Of a stretch of 64,000 bases of DNA, positions 24,820 to 38,426 are shown piece by piece. The DNA lies in contig CM119264.1 in assembly GCA_051294375.1 (NCBI GenBank), forward strand, positions 24,974,218 through 25,038,217. Direction: 5' to 3'. Every line of letters begins with the position of its first letter. The stretch's first letter is position 1. Under the pieces are notes generated by a model. The model did no database searches. It was not told the DNA's origin and saw nothing but the letters and a program-made list of their open reading frames with translations. The position numbers and the translations under genes were made by a program. The stretch is from Paraspadella gotoi. Taxonomy: Eukaryota > Animalia > Chaetognatha.

Positions 24820-25091
24820 GGCCATATTTTCCAGAAGCACCCCATTTTAGCTTAAATATACAATTAAAATAATTTTAATGTTTTAGGGATTAGTGTACAG
24901 GATAAGGTTAGGCAATCTGGTTATGGATTTGGTTCAAGATTTAGTTAGGGATTAGGGTTTAGGGTTAAGGAATAAGTTTAAGGATTATAGAAAAGATTAA
25001 ATTATGGTTAGGGATTAGAGCTAACGATATTAAGATTGAAATCAAGCTTACGGTTTAAGAACAGAAATGGGCGCTTAAAGAAAACAGTGTC
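24820..25091. mobile_element. MITE-like element with TIRs and an internal degenerate (TTAGGG)-like array
   Basis: Left ggccatattttccagaagcaccccattt; right aaatgggcgcttaaagaaaacagtgtc; interior ttagggattagggtttagggttaagg. Confidence 0.6.
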
Positions 25092-25226
25092 GCCGTGCTT
25101 TACCATTGGTCAATAGAGTGATGTGAAAATGATAAAATTTTAGAAAATTAAAATTTAGCATATAAAACGTGAAAATAAAAACCATTAAAAATACTTTGGT
25201 AAATTTATTTTTTAATTTCATACATT

Positions 25227-25620
25227 AGTGGGCACCAGTGAGCTACATTTATATATAGTAATAAGTATATAATGGCTAAAATTTCAAAATACAATTTTTT
25301 TAATTTTAAGATCGGACTTGGATTCTTTGCAAAAAGTTAATATAAGAAAGTATAATTCTTTTTTAAAAATTATTTCATTAAGTTGGTCAAAAATCTAAAA
25401 AACTATGTTTAAGATACCGATTTTTAATTTTGAGCTTAAAAATATAGTTTTTTATAATTTTAACCTACTTAATGACATAATTTTTTAAAAAGATTTATAT
25501 TTTCTTTTATCAACTTTTAACAAGGAATCTGAATCTGCTCTCAGAATTTAAAAAAACCATTTTGAAATTTTGACATTATATAAGGGTAGTACTATATACA
25601 AAATAAGCTGACTGGGCTAC
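25227..25620. mobile_element. Fold-back MITE (~400-bp imperfect palindrome)
   Basis: ccagtgagctacattt...tatataatggctaaaatttcaaaat pairs with attttgaaattttgacattatata...aagctgactgg; pairing continues to a centre near 25425. Confidence 0.75.
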
Positions 25621-25847
25621 TATATTTATAAAAAAAGAAAAATAACTCTAGATTAATATTCACTAATATAATATTTTTCAAGATATAACTGCTAAATTTT
25701 GATTCCAAACTTTCACTTCACCCTATTGGTCAACCATCTGGGAATAAGAGAATACGATATTCTCGCCGGATCTGATTCTCTCTTGTGTTTTGGTTTCGAG
25801 CTGCCGTTGCAACGGTTGGCATTGGCAGAGCTTCCGGGGATACGAGT

Positions 25848-25957
<110 letters not shown>

Positions 25958-27229
25958 GCGACAACATCCGAGAGAGACGTGCGTATGAATATGGGATGAA
26001 AGACCCAAATGTCAAGACAGATGAAAGACTAAACCGATGGTCATAAAAACAAATAAACAAACCTTTGCGAGGGGGGGGGTGAACAAAGGAAGAATACGAA
26101 CAAAGAAGTTTAAATATATGTCAAAACCAATGACAATTAAAATTACGTTTTCAAAGATTATGTGAAAAAATTATTTTTCTCAAAGAAATGTGAGAGACAA
26201 CACTATTATACGTTCAAACAAAAAAAAATTTTAATATTGTAAAAAATCGTCGTCGGCAAAACAATTGGAGAGATTTTTCGTTGTTAATTTGTAATTTCCA
26301 TTTTGGGCGACATCTATAAGCTGCCTACAAAAAAATAAAAGATCATCAACGAGGTCATCGACCGATGAGAGTCACGTGAGAGTCACGTGAGAGCAGGGGT
26401 CATTGAACGAGCGACACCTGTGGGTGATTAATTGTGAATTTTTCCTGGAATGAGGAATACATATTTTTGAATATTTGATTTACGTCAGTTGTAAATTACG
26501 TAGATCCGCTTAAAACGTTAACGCTTGAGAACGCAACATTTAATATTTGCCATTTCTTTTTTTCGAGCTTTTATTCTCTTATTCTTTTATTCTCTCTCTC
26601 TCTCTCTCTCTCTCTCTTGTAAAATTACGTAGATCCGCTTAAACCGTTAACGCTTGAGAGATCGCAACATTTAATTTTGCCATTTCTTTTCTTATCTTCG
26701 AGCTCGTTTATTTCGAGTAATGTTTATTATTAATCTACTTATGCTCTCTCTCGGAGATTTTATCATAAATATAATTTTTGTTTTTGTTTTTCTGTTGAAT
26801 TTGACATTAGTCACCATAAAAAAAAAAAAGAGACATTCATAACCAAAAGGTCTATCCTCGCACACCATGTCTATATCTAAAAGTGTTTAAGCTCCGGAAA
26901 CGTTTTCCTAGAATTTCTTTAGTCCTTCTTCAAGTGAATTGTTTATTCGCTGTATCTGTTGTAATATCATTGATTAGTTTTTTTGGATAGACGTGAATTA
27001 TATATAATATATTTTTGCCCACAGCCTCTCCGCTTTTTTTCGGAACGCGTGAGCGAACTCTGCCCGACACCTCGACCCGACTTGTCGAAAGACGACGTAA
27101 GACTGCGGAAGGGTTATCAGAGGTTTTGTCTATATGTTTGTACAATTTTTGTATTTTATTTGTTTGGTTGTGGTTTGATTTTCAAGTTCGAATTTATCAA
27201 AGTGATCTTTTGTCCTCCTGGTTGGTCGT

Positions 27230-27660
27230 TTTTTTTTGTTTTTTTTTTCACTCAAATTTCGAGTTTCAAGGGGTTGGTGGTTCATGACCAGCCAGGATCG
27301 AAAAAGTCGGTAGAAGCGGACCGCGTAACTACCATGAGACGCCAGTCCGGTGGCGATCGTTGGCTTGGCGTTGTGTGACATGCCGAAAGCATGGAAAGGA
27401 TCCGTTATAGGCGGCGGGAATGTGAGGTTGGAGCAGATTGTGCACTCTGTGCCAAGGGACGGGGGTATTTCGGCTACCTTCCGTTGAAGACGGCATTTCA
27501 GTTCGATAGTAATCTAAGAGTTGATGTTGTTCACCCATTGGACTTTGTGATTGTTCGTGAAGTTCTTAAAGTTCAGATATGGGTGGGATGGACTCGGAAG
27601 CTCGATCTTTTGGTAGGGTCCTAGGCGGCTGAGCTGGGGATAGTAGTGCTTGCTTTAGTG
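27230..27660 (-). mobile_element. Possible decayed 3' end of a non-LTR retrotransposon ORF2
   Basis: GC-richer island; translation TECTICSNLTFPPPITDPFHAF, frameshift, then C resembles a C-terminal CCHC knuckle; A-rich tract follows at 27229-27248. No RT motif seen. Confidence 0.25.
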
Positions 27661-29949
27661 GGGGTGGCGGCGAGTTCGATAGTTCATCCGAGCCGCGGAA
27701 CGGTCGAAAAATCCACTCTACCGGAACTGTGAAAGCCCTGACCGTGTGGGCGTGCGGTCCCACCGGCCGGCGAACGGAAACTGGGACTCGCCCTGTAGAT
27801 CAGCCACCCATGGTTCCGAAAACCGGCGGAATTGGGCGATAATCGGCTGTTGCGCTGGCATCCTGCCGAATCATTGCTGTTCGTATCGGTCCAGAAAACT
27901 TACGGCATTAACTTCTTCCTCTCGCGTCTAACCATCCATTGCGAAATGGGGCGTTGGTGTCGAGATCGACGGGGAAAATGCGTCTTCTCATCCGATAGAG
28001 TCTCGTTCAGTCTCTCCTCTTCTCTCTCTCCCAGTCTCTCTCTCTTTCCTCGGTTTTAATACGTCGAATCTGTCGCTTAAAGCAATTATTAATCCAGCCT
28101 GCGGTGCGGAGCAGGCAGATTGTTACCCCGCCCAGCTCGACCCGTCTCTCTGTCTCGATAAAACCAATCATTACCTTTGGATGTTATACCTTCCCTCCCC
28201 CCCCGCCCCCCCCCCGATCGTTACCCACCTTTATTTCCTTAAACTTGCCACGTATTACCTTTAAAAGCTACGCCGATAGTTGGATATCAATCCGGATCAC
28301 CGCAGTGGGCGGAGCGAGAGCCATTGGTATCACATACGGTCGGCCGGCAGGGAGGTATGTGGAGCTTAAAATCCGGGGTGCGCTCGAGGTGCCAGGCGCT
28401 CCAGCCACTTGGCCTGGCTAGCAGTCATTCTCTCTCTTTTTTTAGAGGAGAACAACCACGAGTCCGGTCGTCTCTCTCTCTTCTCTTCGTCTCGTCTCTC
28501 TGTAGATCCCTTCAAGCGCCACTCCTCTCTGCTTCGCCACCGCTCCCGCCCTCTCCGGTCCCCCCCCCCCCCTGCGCTCCCTTTCTCATCTCTCTCTTTT
28601 CCCACCGCCCTCCTTCCCATATGGTCTACCTCCGCTATCTCTTCCCTTTTGCTAATACCTGTATCGCTCCTGCGGCGTTGCGTTCTCGCGCAGGTCGAAC
28701 GCTCGATGTCCCTTCGCTCGGGCACAGGTTTCGTCCGCGCCTCCGTGGTGCCCTAGCGGGCGTCTAGCTCTCAACTCTACTCCTCTCCCCTTCTCCCTCG
28801 ACCTCCGAATCAAAGCGATATAGTAGGCGTAAACGCTACTCGTCAGTCTCTCTACCCTGATCTTCATGTTTCCAAGAATCTCATCTTCTCTCTCTCTCTG
28901 TCTTTCTCTCTCTCTTCTCCCCCTCTTCTCTTCTCTCTCTTCTGTTCTGTTTTGGTCGGTACTCCTAATAGTGTATCCTATGTCTAAGCATTCGCTGAAT
29001 CAAGGAACCGCCATATCTCATCTCCTTCTCTCTCGTGATGTGATTCAGAGATTCAGACAGAGAAAGATCTTTATTCTCGATAATGCATCTTTCCGTCCTG
29101 TCAATGCTCTCGGCTCAGTTAATTTCTCCTGTCTCTCTCTCTTTCAGGCCGCACCAGTTATAGTACATTTATACTCTAGTCTTCTTTCCTCTTCGGGTGA
29201 TACTTTCGAAGTCTCTCTCATCTCTTTTCCTTTTTCTCATCTACATTATACCTCAGCGACTTTCTCCTCTTTCTCCTCCATCCTCAAGCGATCTCCCTAT
29301 ATCCTGCTTGCCTTGTAACCCATTTCCACTGCTCTCTTTTTTTGTTCGGTCTTTGTGTCTTTCCACCCCCGCCTGAATCGCGTCTTCGCAGACCGGCTAG
29401 CGTAGGCCTGTTGTGATGAATGGCCTAGTTTTTTGTTTTTTTTTTTTTTCCGCCCCCCCGCCCCCCCTGTTTCGCTCGATTCGCTTTTAGTTTCTCGTCG
29501 TTTATACAAATCGTCGGTTTTACTCCGAAACGCCGCAGCGCTCCTGCATCGCCGCTCGCATGTGTCGGACGCGCAGCGCCATCGCCGGTCACAACCAAGC
29601 GCGTGGAAGAAATGTATCGCGCCAGAAGTACACGGGGTAACGGGCCGTCGCCGTGGATGGCGTGCGAGCGCCTCGGTCTGCGTGCGCAATGTCGCCCGCC
29701 GTTGCACGCGCAGAAGGTCGTGTCGGAATAATAACAACTGAAAGTATTTTCCCTTTAACAAAACGCCAAAATAAGGGAAAATTCGTGGTTAGTCTCAGAG
29801 TCATGCGCGCCATAGAACCTAACAGTACGTGGTTTATTGTGATGTGCTCAGGAGTCCGTGATCTNNNNNNNNNNNNNNNNNNNNNNNNNTTTTCATGAAT
29901 TTTAATATCTTTTGTGATATCATCCCAGAGGAATTAAAACCCACACAAA

Positions 29950-30144
29950 GCCGAAGGGCCCGTGCATTAGAGAGGCCCTAGTAAAGCTCATAAGGCTAAA
30001 AAATGTTTAGAAAAATTTAAAAATTATACTTATTACTAAGCTGCTAAGTTAATTGTAAGGAGTTGGTATGAACTTTTTTTCCGGGGTCCCGCAAAAAAAT
30101 GTCGAGTGGCGCTCGTTTTTCCGTCATTTCTCTACACGCCACTG
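29950..30144. mobile_element. One end of a hAT-like non-autonomous element
   Basis: Ends ctctacacgccactg (reverse complement CAGTGGCGTGTAGAG) with gggccc-type subterminal motifs; the other end is not visible, possibly lost at the 29865 gap. Confidence 0.35.
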
Positions 30145-30764
30145 TTTTTGAAAATAAAATCCCTTTCTATTAATTCTAATTTCGTATAAGATGTATGGAC
30201 TATGGAGATCACTGTCCTTAGTGGTTTATTTGAATGTACATAGAAATCTTTTGAAACTGTTTCCTTTTATTTTAAAATGAAGTCCTGAGAGAAGAACAAA
30301 AATTAATAAAAGTAAATGACGCCGCTTGAATAATCAAAATCACGATTGCTAAATTTTGTCTTCAATCACTTTCAAAATTCGTGATATTAAATGAAAACCT
30401 TTTCACCGAAAAACTAAATCTCAAACGCCGATTCTTGATTCAACTTGCATCGCACGTTTTTCCCAAAAATGGCTGACTCGCTCCGCTAATAAAGATTACG
30501 ACCCGTTTTTACCCATTTATAAATTCGTTTTTATTTGTTTTTTATTCTTTTTTTATTAGTTTTTATTGGTTTTTATTCTTTATTTTTACCCGTTTTTATC
30601 CGCAACGCGTCGATGGAAATGGAAATAAGACGCGAGAGGCGAATTTTGAATATTCACTCGCACGAAAGACGACGAAAATTTCATCCGGGGGAAACCTGTT
30701 AAAAGAAAGAAAGAAAGATAGACTGAAGCCAGAAAAAAGAATGAAAGAAAGGAAAAAAGAAGCA

Positions 30765-30765
30765 A

Positions 30766-30860
<95 letters not shown>
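30765..30860. repeat. (GAAA)n microsatellite; complementary (CTTT)n run at 31650-31746
   Basis: Long perfect tetranucleotide runs. Confidence 0.95.
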
Positions 30861-30862
<2 letters not shown>

Positions 30863-31648
30863 GAGATAAAATCGGAAAGAAATAAAAATGAAATAAAGAT
30901 GCTCCTCGAGGGAAGATTTTTTTTTCCTCCCTGAATTCGGTTCAATTTTATCATTTTCTTTCTTCTCCTCGACGCGCGAAAAAATCGAAAAATTATGAAA
31001 ATCTCGGTGATTAGTATGAAAATGAAGAAAAATGCGACATAGGGGGCGTGTGGGGGGGGTGTGTCTGAAATGGGACGGGGGCGGGCTAGAGGGCGTGAGG
31101 GCCTGCTGGGCCAAGGGCGGAAAGGGGGTGGGGCAAGAATGGGATGGCATAAAAAGCAAAGGCGGAAGGAGACGACTTTGCCGCTTAGCATGACAAAGGG
31201 TAACAGGGGTCATAATTAGGATGCGGGGATCGGAAGTTGGGGGATTAAAAGTAAAAGATGGTGTTGAAGAAGTAGGAGAGTGGGGATTATGAAATCGGGA
31301 ACATAAGAAAAGAAAAAGAATTCTGTCGACTGAGAATGAAAAAATAAAATTCGCTGATGAGAAAAGAAAATAAGACGTCCTAAGAAAAAAGGGGGGGCGG
31401 GTGTTGGAACCCCCCCGGGGGGCATTGGGGGGGAAAGGGAGGGATGGGAAAGGGAAAGGGAAAGGGAAAGAAAAAGGGAGGAAAGGGATGAACGGGATTA
31501 AAGATTTACAAAAGCAAATAAATTAAAGGCCGATTTCTCTGACATCAAAACTTCGCTTTTCTTCGCAAATGCAAATTTGGCGCCATTAAGTTTCATCTTA
31601 ACATCAATGAAGGCGATTCCATTGCATCCATCTCTCTCTGTCTGTCTG

Positions 31649-31747
<99 letters not shown>

Positions 31748-32029
31748 ATCTCTTTAAATCTCTATCGTTTTTTCTCTCTTTCTCTATTTCTAAAGTGATC
31801 AGTAAGGATTAATGTCTTGATGCACTAAAAGTTCAGTAATAAGAACGAAAGAAAATATATTTTTCTCACGAATTTGATGGTTGACAACTACAATTGAAAA
31901 AGGTTCTTCATCTGCAGCGCATGTCCGCGCCATTTGTCCAAAATCCTCGGCCTGTTTCGTGACATCTCACTTTAAGAGGTAAACTAACCTTTCACACCAA
32001 CGGTTTACCGCCACCATTACCATAAAACT

Positions 32030-32139
<110 letters not shown>

Positions 32140-32654
32140 CTCTCTTCGAACAGATTGAACTTTGAACTTTTTCGATTTTCTTAGATTTCTCCATTCAATC
32201 ACTCGTTCCAATGTCTCCTTTCCTCACTTCAAATACCTTTTTTTCTCTTTCTCTCTCCTTCATCTTCCTTCTTCTCAAATCTCTCCTCCCATCTCTGAAT
32301 TACACATCTCTGCCATCCCAATCCTCTACTCTCGTCTCTTCCTCACCCCCTCTATTAACATCTCTCCTTTATCTTCTCCTCGACGTCTCTTTTTTTCTTC
32401 TCCTTCCATCAACCATTCTCCCCTTTCACCTTTCCTCAGTCTTCTCCTCTCATCTCTCCTCCCACCTCTCCTCACATCTCTCTTTTTTTTCTCCTTCCAT
32501 CTTCCATCTCTACTCCCATCTATCTTTTTTCTCTCCTTCCATCTCCCATCTCTCCTTTCATTTCTCCTCCCATCTCTCTTTCCAAGTCTCGTATGGAAGC
32601 AGAATCTAAATCGCGACCCGGGGTTTCCTTTATGATCGAATCCCGCTCTACTTA

Positions 32655-32820
32655 TTCCTTCATTCCTTCCCCTTTCTCTCCATCCCTCTCTACTTTTCCC
32701 TTCATTCCTTCCCCTTTCTCTCCATCCCTCTCTATATTTCCCTTCATTCCTTCCCCTTTCTCTCCATCCCTTTCTACTTTTTCCTTCATTCCTTCCCCTT
32801 TCTCTCCATCCCTCTCCGTT
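32655..32820. repeat. 42-bp pyrimidine-rich minisatellite, ~4 copies
   Basis: Unit ttcattccttcccctttctctccatccctctctacttttccc. Confidence 0.9.
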
Positions 32821-33302
32821 CCTCCCTTCCTTTTATAACTTTCTTTTTAACCCGCATAAGACGTAAACATCCTTTCTTCTCCTTTCTCGTTTCACAACCT
32901 TCTCTTCTTTATCCCGAGATTCAATTTTTATTTTCACCCGAATTCCATACATTTTCCCCCGATTTGATTTCTTCTCTCCATCATAACAGTAGTTTTTCTT
33001 TTGACTATTCTTTGCTCCGGCACCCAAACCCTGTCTTGATATTACTGTCGGCCGGTGTTACAATGTAGTATGAACCTATATATTTTAACCAGAATTCTTA
33101 TAAAATTTAAATTCCACCCCGTTATCATCTCCTATTTTCCCCGAATTTTGTCTTATTCTTTCGTTTACATTTCTACATTTCCTTGTCCCCGCCCTCGCAG
33201 AACGATTCATTCATCACAACAAAGATCCTCCACCCCCGCTCATCCCCGCTCACCCCCGCTCACCCCCGCTCACCCACGCCCTTCCATTCCGATTTGACTT
33301 CG

Positions 33303-33405
33303 AAAAGAATTCGAAATTCTGACCGAACCTTGTTCACTCCCCGACTCAACGACTTTCAACCCTGCATCGTCTGAATGACGTGGAATAGACATCCCACGAT
33401 TTTCC
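33303..33405 (+). pseudogene. Homeobox relic (N-arm and helix 1); second copy at ~35420-35530
   Basis: KRIRNSDRTLFT, frameshift, PTQRLSTLHRLNDV, frameshift, NRHPTIF; resembles RTxFTxxQLxxL...NRYPxI. Confidence 0.45.
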
Positions 33406-33466
33406 ATCCGAATCTATTTTCCTCTCAACACCCCAATAAATCACCATCACCCACGCCCTCTTTCCC

Positions 33467-33628
33467 GGCTCTCTTTTCTAAAAGCGTCCCATTGCTGTCT
33501 TAATATTTAGCCATGATCCGTTACCAAACTCATAATCCGATCTCTAACCCTAATCCTAAACTTAATCCTTAACCCTAACCTAATTCCGAAATTAAAGTGG
33601 AATGGAGCGTTTTGGGAAAATATGACCC
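33467..33628. mobile_element. Second member of the TIR/telomere-like MITE family; duplicate at 35589-35750
   Basis: ggctctcttttctaaaagcgtcccatt...ctaaccctaatcctaaacttaatccttaaccctaacc...aatggagcgttttgggaaaatatgaccc. Confidence 0.6.
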
Positions 33629-34137
33629 AGAATCTTGGTTTCAACACTCCCGCCCACCGGTTTTCTATCGCCACCCCCGCCACGTCTTCTCTTTCTCACA
33701 ATCAATATTTTCCGATTTAACCCCGAAATCTAAGTCGCTCCTTCCATGATCCAACGCGCGCCAGAAAAATTTGAAAATTTTGGAAAGAAAAAAATTCTAT
33801 ACTCTGTTTTTAAATTTTTTTTATCTTTTTCCTTTTCACATTTGCTAAAATATGGAATGCCAAGTTTCGACGAATAGTCTTTAATATTTTTTATGTCTGA
33901 TATTTGACTCCCGAAAACTAGTCTAAATAGTTTATGGTAAAGTGAAAAGAAAAATTTGAAAAAAAAACTGAAAAAAAAGCAGAGAGAAAGAAATCCAATA
34001 GAAAAAATAGTGGATGGGAACGAGAAAAGAAAAGGAAAAAAAAAGAAAAATATAGAAAGAAAGGGAAAGCGAAAGTAGCGAGCGAGAAAAACAAGGGCGG
34101 AATCGGAGAAAATAAAAACGTAAACATAAACAAAACA

Positions 34138-34236
34138 AGACGAAGGGAAACATATTCGCGGGAAGATTTAATGACATGTATAAATATTGTCAAAAGAGGG
34201 AGGAACTCCTTTCGACTCCGGACGTTGAAATTCTGA
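34138..34236 (+). pseudogene. Pipsqueak-type HTH relic (psq protein or pogo-like transposase N-terminus); copy at ~36267-36365
   Basis: RRRETYSREDLMTCINIVKRGRNSFRLRTLKF* fits YSxEDLxxAIxxVKxGxxSxRxxxxxFG without gaps; the final Gly position is TGA. Confidence 0.55.
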
Positions 34237-34274
34237 TGGAAATCCAACGCGGATTTGCATGATAATATTTGCGT

Positions 34275-34312
<38 letters not shown>

Positions 34313-34568
34313 CGTCTGCTGCTCGTCTCTCTCCTCTCTCTCTCTCTCTCTTCTCTCTTTTAACTTTTCTCCATTTCTTTCCTCATTTTTTTTTCTGCAA
34401 TGTATTTAACCCTATGGCTTTGGGTGTGGTTTTCTGCTAAGCTATGCAATGCTTAGCTCGCCCAACTTTGTAATGGTAAATTCGTTACGCGTATTTATTC
34501 TCCCTTCCCCGCAGGCAGTAGCCCTTTCCCCTTTGCGCTCATCACCCTCTCTCTCTCTCTCACTCTCT

Positions 34569-34619
<51 letters not shown>

Positions 34620-36431
34620 NNNNNNNNNNNNNNNNNNNNNNNNNTTTTCTTCTCCTTCCATCTCCCATCTCTCCTTCATTTCTCCTCCCATCTCTCTTTC
34701 CAAGTCTCGTATGGAAGCAGACAATCTAAATCGCGACCCGGGGTTTCCTTTATGATCGAATCCCGCTCTACTTATTCCTTCTTCTTCCCCTTTCTCTCCA
34801 TCCCTCTCTACTTTTCCCTTCATTCCTTCCCTTTCTCTCCATCCCTCTCTATATTTCCCTTCATTCCTTCCCCTTTCTCTCCATCCCTTTCTACCTTTTT
34901 CCTTCATTCCTTCCCCTTTTCTCCATCCTCTCGTTTCCCTTCCCTTTTATAACTTTCTTTTTAACACCGCATAAGACGTAACATCCTTTCTTCTCTTTCT
35001 CGTTCAACAACCTTCTCTTCCTTTATCCCGAGATTTCAATTTTTATTTTTCACCCGAATTCCATACATTTTCCCCCGATTGATTTTTCTCTCCATCATAA
35101 CAGTAGTTTTTTCTTTTGACTATTCTTTGCTCCGGCACCCCAAACCCTGTCTTGATATTACTGTCGGCCGGTGTTACAATGTAGTATGAACCTATATATT
35201 TTAACCAGAATTCTTATAAAATTTAAATTCCACCCCGTTATCATCTCCTATTTTCCCCCGAATTTTGTCTTATTCTTTCGTTTACATTCTACATTTTCCT
35301 TGTCCCCGCCCTCGCAGAAACGATTCATTCATCACAACAAAGATCCTCCACCCCCGCTCATCCCCGCTCACCCCCGCTCACCCCCGCTCACCCACGCCCT
35401 TCCATTCCCGATTTTGACTTCGAACAAGAATTTCGAAATTCTGAACCGAACCTTGTTCACTCCCCGACTCAACGACTTTCAACCCTGCATCGTCTGAAAT
35501 GACGTGGAATAGACATCCCACGATTTTCCATCCGAATCTATTTTCCTCTCAACACCCATAAATCACCATCACCCCACGCCCTCTTTCCGGCTCTCTTTTC
35601 TAAAAGCGTCCCATTGCTGTCTTAATATTTAGCCATGATCCGTTAACCAAACTCATAATCCGATCTCTAACCTAATCCTAAACTTAATCCTTAACCCTAA
35701 CCTAATTCCGAAATTAAAGTGGAATGGAGCGTTTTGGGAAAATATGACCCAGAATCTTGGTTTCAAACACTCCCCGCCCACCGGTTTTCTATCGCCACCC
35801 CCGCCACGTCTTCTCTTCTCACAATCAAATATTTTCCGATTTAACCCCGAAATCAAGTCGCTCCTTCCATGATCCAACGCCGCGCAGAAAAAATTTGAAA
35901 ATTTTGAAAGAAAAAAATTCTATACTCTGTTTTTAAATTTTTTTATCTTTTTCCTTTTCACATTTGCTAAAATATGGAATGCCAAGTTTCGACGAATAGT
36001 CTTAATATTTTTTATGTCTGATATTTGACTCCCGAAAAACTAGTCTAAATAGTTTATGGTAAAGTGAAAAGAAAAATTTGAAAAAAAAACTGAAAAAATA
36101 AGCAGAGAGAAAGAAATCCAATAGAAAAAATAGTGGATGGGAACGAGAAAAGAAAAGGAAAAAAAAAAAGAAAAATATAGAAAGAAAGGGAAAGCGAAAG
36201 TAGCGAGCGAGAAAAAACAAGGGCGGAAGATCGGAGAAAATAAAAACGTAAACATAAACAAAACAAGACGAAGGGAAACATATTCGCGGAAGATTTAATG
36301 ACATGTATATAATATTGTCAAAAGAGGGAGGAACTCCTTTCGACTCCGGACGTTGAAATTCTGATGGAAATCCAACGCGGATTTGCATGATAAATATTTG
36401 CGTGGCTCTCTCTCTCTCTCTTCTTTCTCTC

Positions 36432-36510
<79 letters not shown>

Positions 36511-36710
36511 TAACTTTTCTCCATTTCTTTCCTCATTTTTTTTTCTGCAATGTATTTAACCCTATGGCTTTGGGTGTGGTTTTTCTGCTAAGCTATGCAA
36601 TGCTTAGCTCGCCAACTTTGTAATGTAAATTCGTTACGCGTATTTATCTCCCTTCCCCCGCGGCAGTAGCCCTTTCCCATTGCGCTCACTCACCCTCTCT
36701 CTCTCTCTCA

Positions 36711-36775
<65 letters not shown>

Positions 36776-36804
36776 GTTACTTTCTGATTAGGACCGAAAG
36801 AAAG

Positions 36805-36878
<74 letters not shown>

Positions 36879-36905
36879 AAAAAAGGAAATCCGAGTAATT
36901 ATGCA

Positions 36906-36974
36906 TTAAACGCGCTGGCTGAAAACAATTTTCTGCGGCTCATTAGCGAGAAGAAAAAAGAAAGTTGGTTCGAA
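36906..36974 (+). pseudogene. Homeobox helix 2-3 relic
   Basis: LNALAENNFLRLISEKKKESWFE resembles LAxxL.LSExQVxxWF. Confidence 0.35.
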
Positions 36975-37329
36975 TTTATTATATATTTTCTGGCAGCAAC
37001 GAATATCTTTTTTTTCTGTTGATAAACTTAGTCGATGTATCGTCTTCTCATTTCCTTTATCCAAGAACAAAGAGAGAGAGAGAATGGAACCGAGGATATG
37101 AAAAACATCCAGAGTAAACATTCCTTTGACGGATGTTATTCCAGATGTTCTTTTTTTTCTTTTGTTCGTTCTTCACTCACTCCCTCTATACACTTTTCGA
37201 GAATTTTCCGATTGCACCCGTGGAGGGCAAAGCGTTTGTCTTAAATTTATCGGGTGGAATATTATATATAATATTATGGCAAGGGGGGGACATGTTTGAT
37301 GCTGGCGCTCAGAGATTTGGACCTGTAGT

Positions 37330-37469
37330 GACCATCCCATGTCACTGGCGTGTTTATGCCGACACCATCACACTATAACCAGCGTGAGTGTGAGGGGATT
37401 GAACTCACGGTTGGTGAACGAGTACTTAGATGTCCAAGCCAATGGGACGAGTTGAGCTATACGGGAGGC
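37330..37469 (-). mobile_element. tRNA-derived SINE head (family B)
   Basis: Minus strand gcctcccgtaTAGCTCAActcg...GAGTTCAATCCC: A-box and B-box-like motifs without a proper cloverleaf. Confidence 0.5.
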
Positions 37470-38426
37470 GAATTTAGGATTTGCCACAATATATAATATT
37501 GTTTTACTATATCATCAACTCAGTTCACGGTTGCATGTTACATGTGCACGAATATTGTAATTAGCTTGGCTTGCATTTCAGATTTTTTAGAGCTGAAAAT
37601 CAGGAAATCTTTAAAAAACCGAGTCAGACTTTTCGGGCTGCACCCCGCTACTGGAAAAAAGTAAGTTAGCAGTTTATATTAATAGTTTTAGCTCGAATCT
37701 AACAATAGTTCTTATAAAGATGATTTTTCTTGATACATATTCTACTACAAAACCTAAAAATAGTCTCTGGCGTTCGCTTCAAGATCCAAGATGGCGACGA
37801 GGAAACGAATTTGTTGAACGAGATTTTTACGGAACAAAAGGGAAAAAAAATCCTTCAAAAGAAGAAAATCTGACTCCAGGGAATTCGAGCAAGGGAATCA
37901 GGATGATGGAGGCACGTAGCGAGGGTTGGGCACTTTGTTGATTTAAGCCTTTCAAGAAAAAAAAAACTTAATCCCAGGGAAGGCGACCCCACTCCCCCGG
38001 TGGTCAATGAGGTCAACGTGGTCGATTCCGGGTCAAGGGGTCAAAGGTCACGGATCGAAATCGAGACGCTCGGTTTTTCTTTGGATTTAGAAATCGATTC
38101 TTTCTTTGCTTTGGTGACAGGGATAAATATTTTCAGGTGAAGAAAAATTCTACTTAAAAATAAAAAAAAATTACTTGCTATTGCATTTATTTCTGTTGCC
38201 TCTGTTCTTTTTTTTACCACTTTCTTTTTAAACTACACGAGGGAAAAAAAATTTATTATATATAAGTTTTGAAAAAAAAAGTTTTGTAAAACAATCAAAA
38301 ACTAAAAACAATTTTAAACTGGGATAAAAGCCAAAACTCTAAAATATCGACCCCGTTCCGTCGGGCGAATGTGATAACGAGAAGAATCATCAGCGCAAAT
38401 CTGAATTTCCGATGCAACGTAAAGGC

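Larger units (their letters stand above)
32525..36776. repeat. ~2.1-kb direct duplication flanking a 25-N gap, probable assembly overlap
   Basis: 32525-34619 matches 34645-36776; differences are almost all homopolymer-type indels. Confidence 0.9.

Noticed and set aside
24885-25020. True telomere or chromosome fusion site
   Set aside because: Short, degenerate, bounded by TIR-like ends and repeated elsewhere in the window.
26489-26705. ~130-bp local tandem duplication
   Set aside because: The second unit is indel-rich and flanks a (CT)n run; likely a contig/read overlap artefact.
37380-37469. Functional tRNA gene
   Set aside because: A and B boxes are present but acceptor and anticodon stems do not pair; treated as a SINE head.
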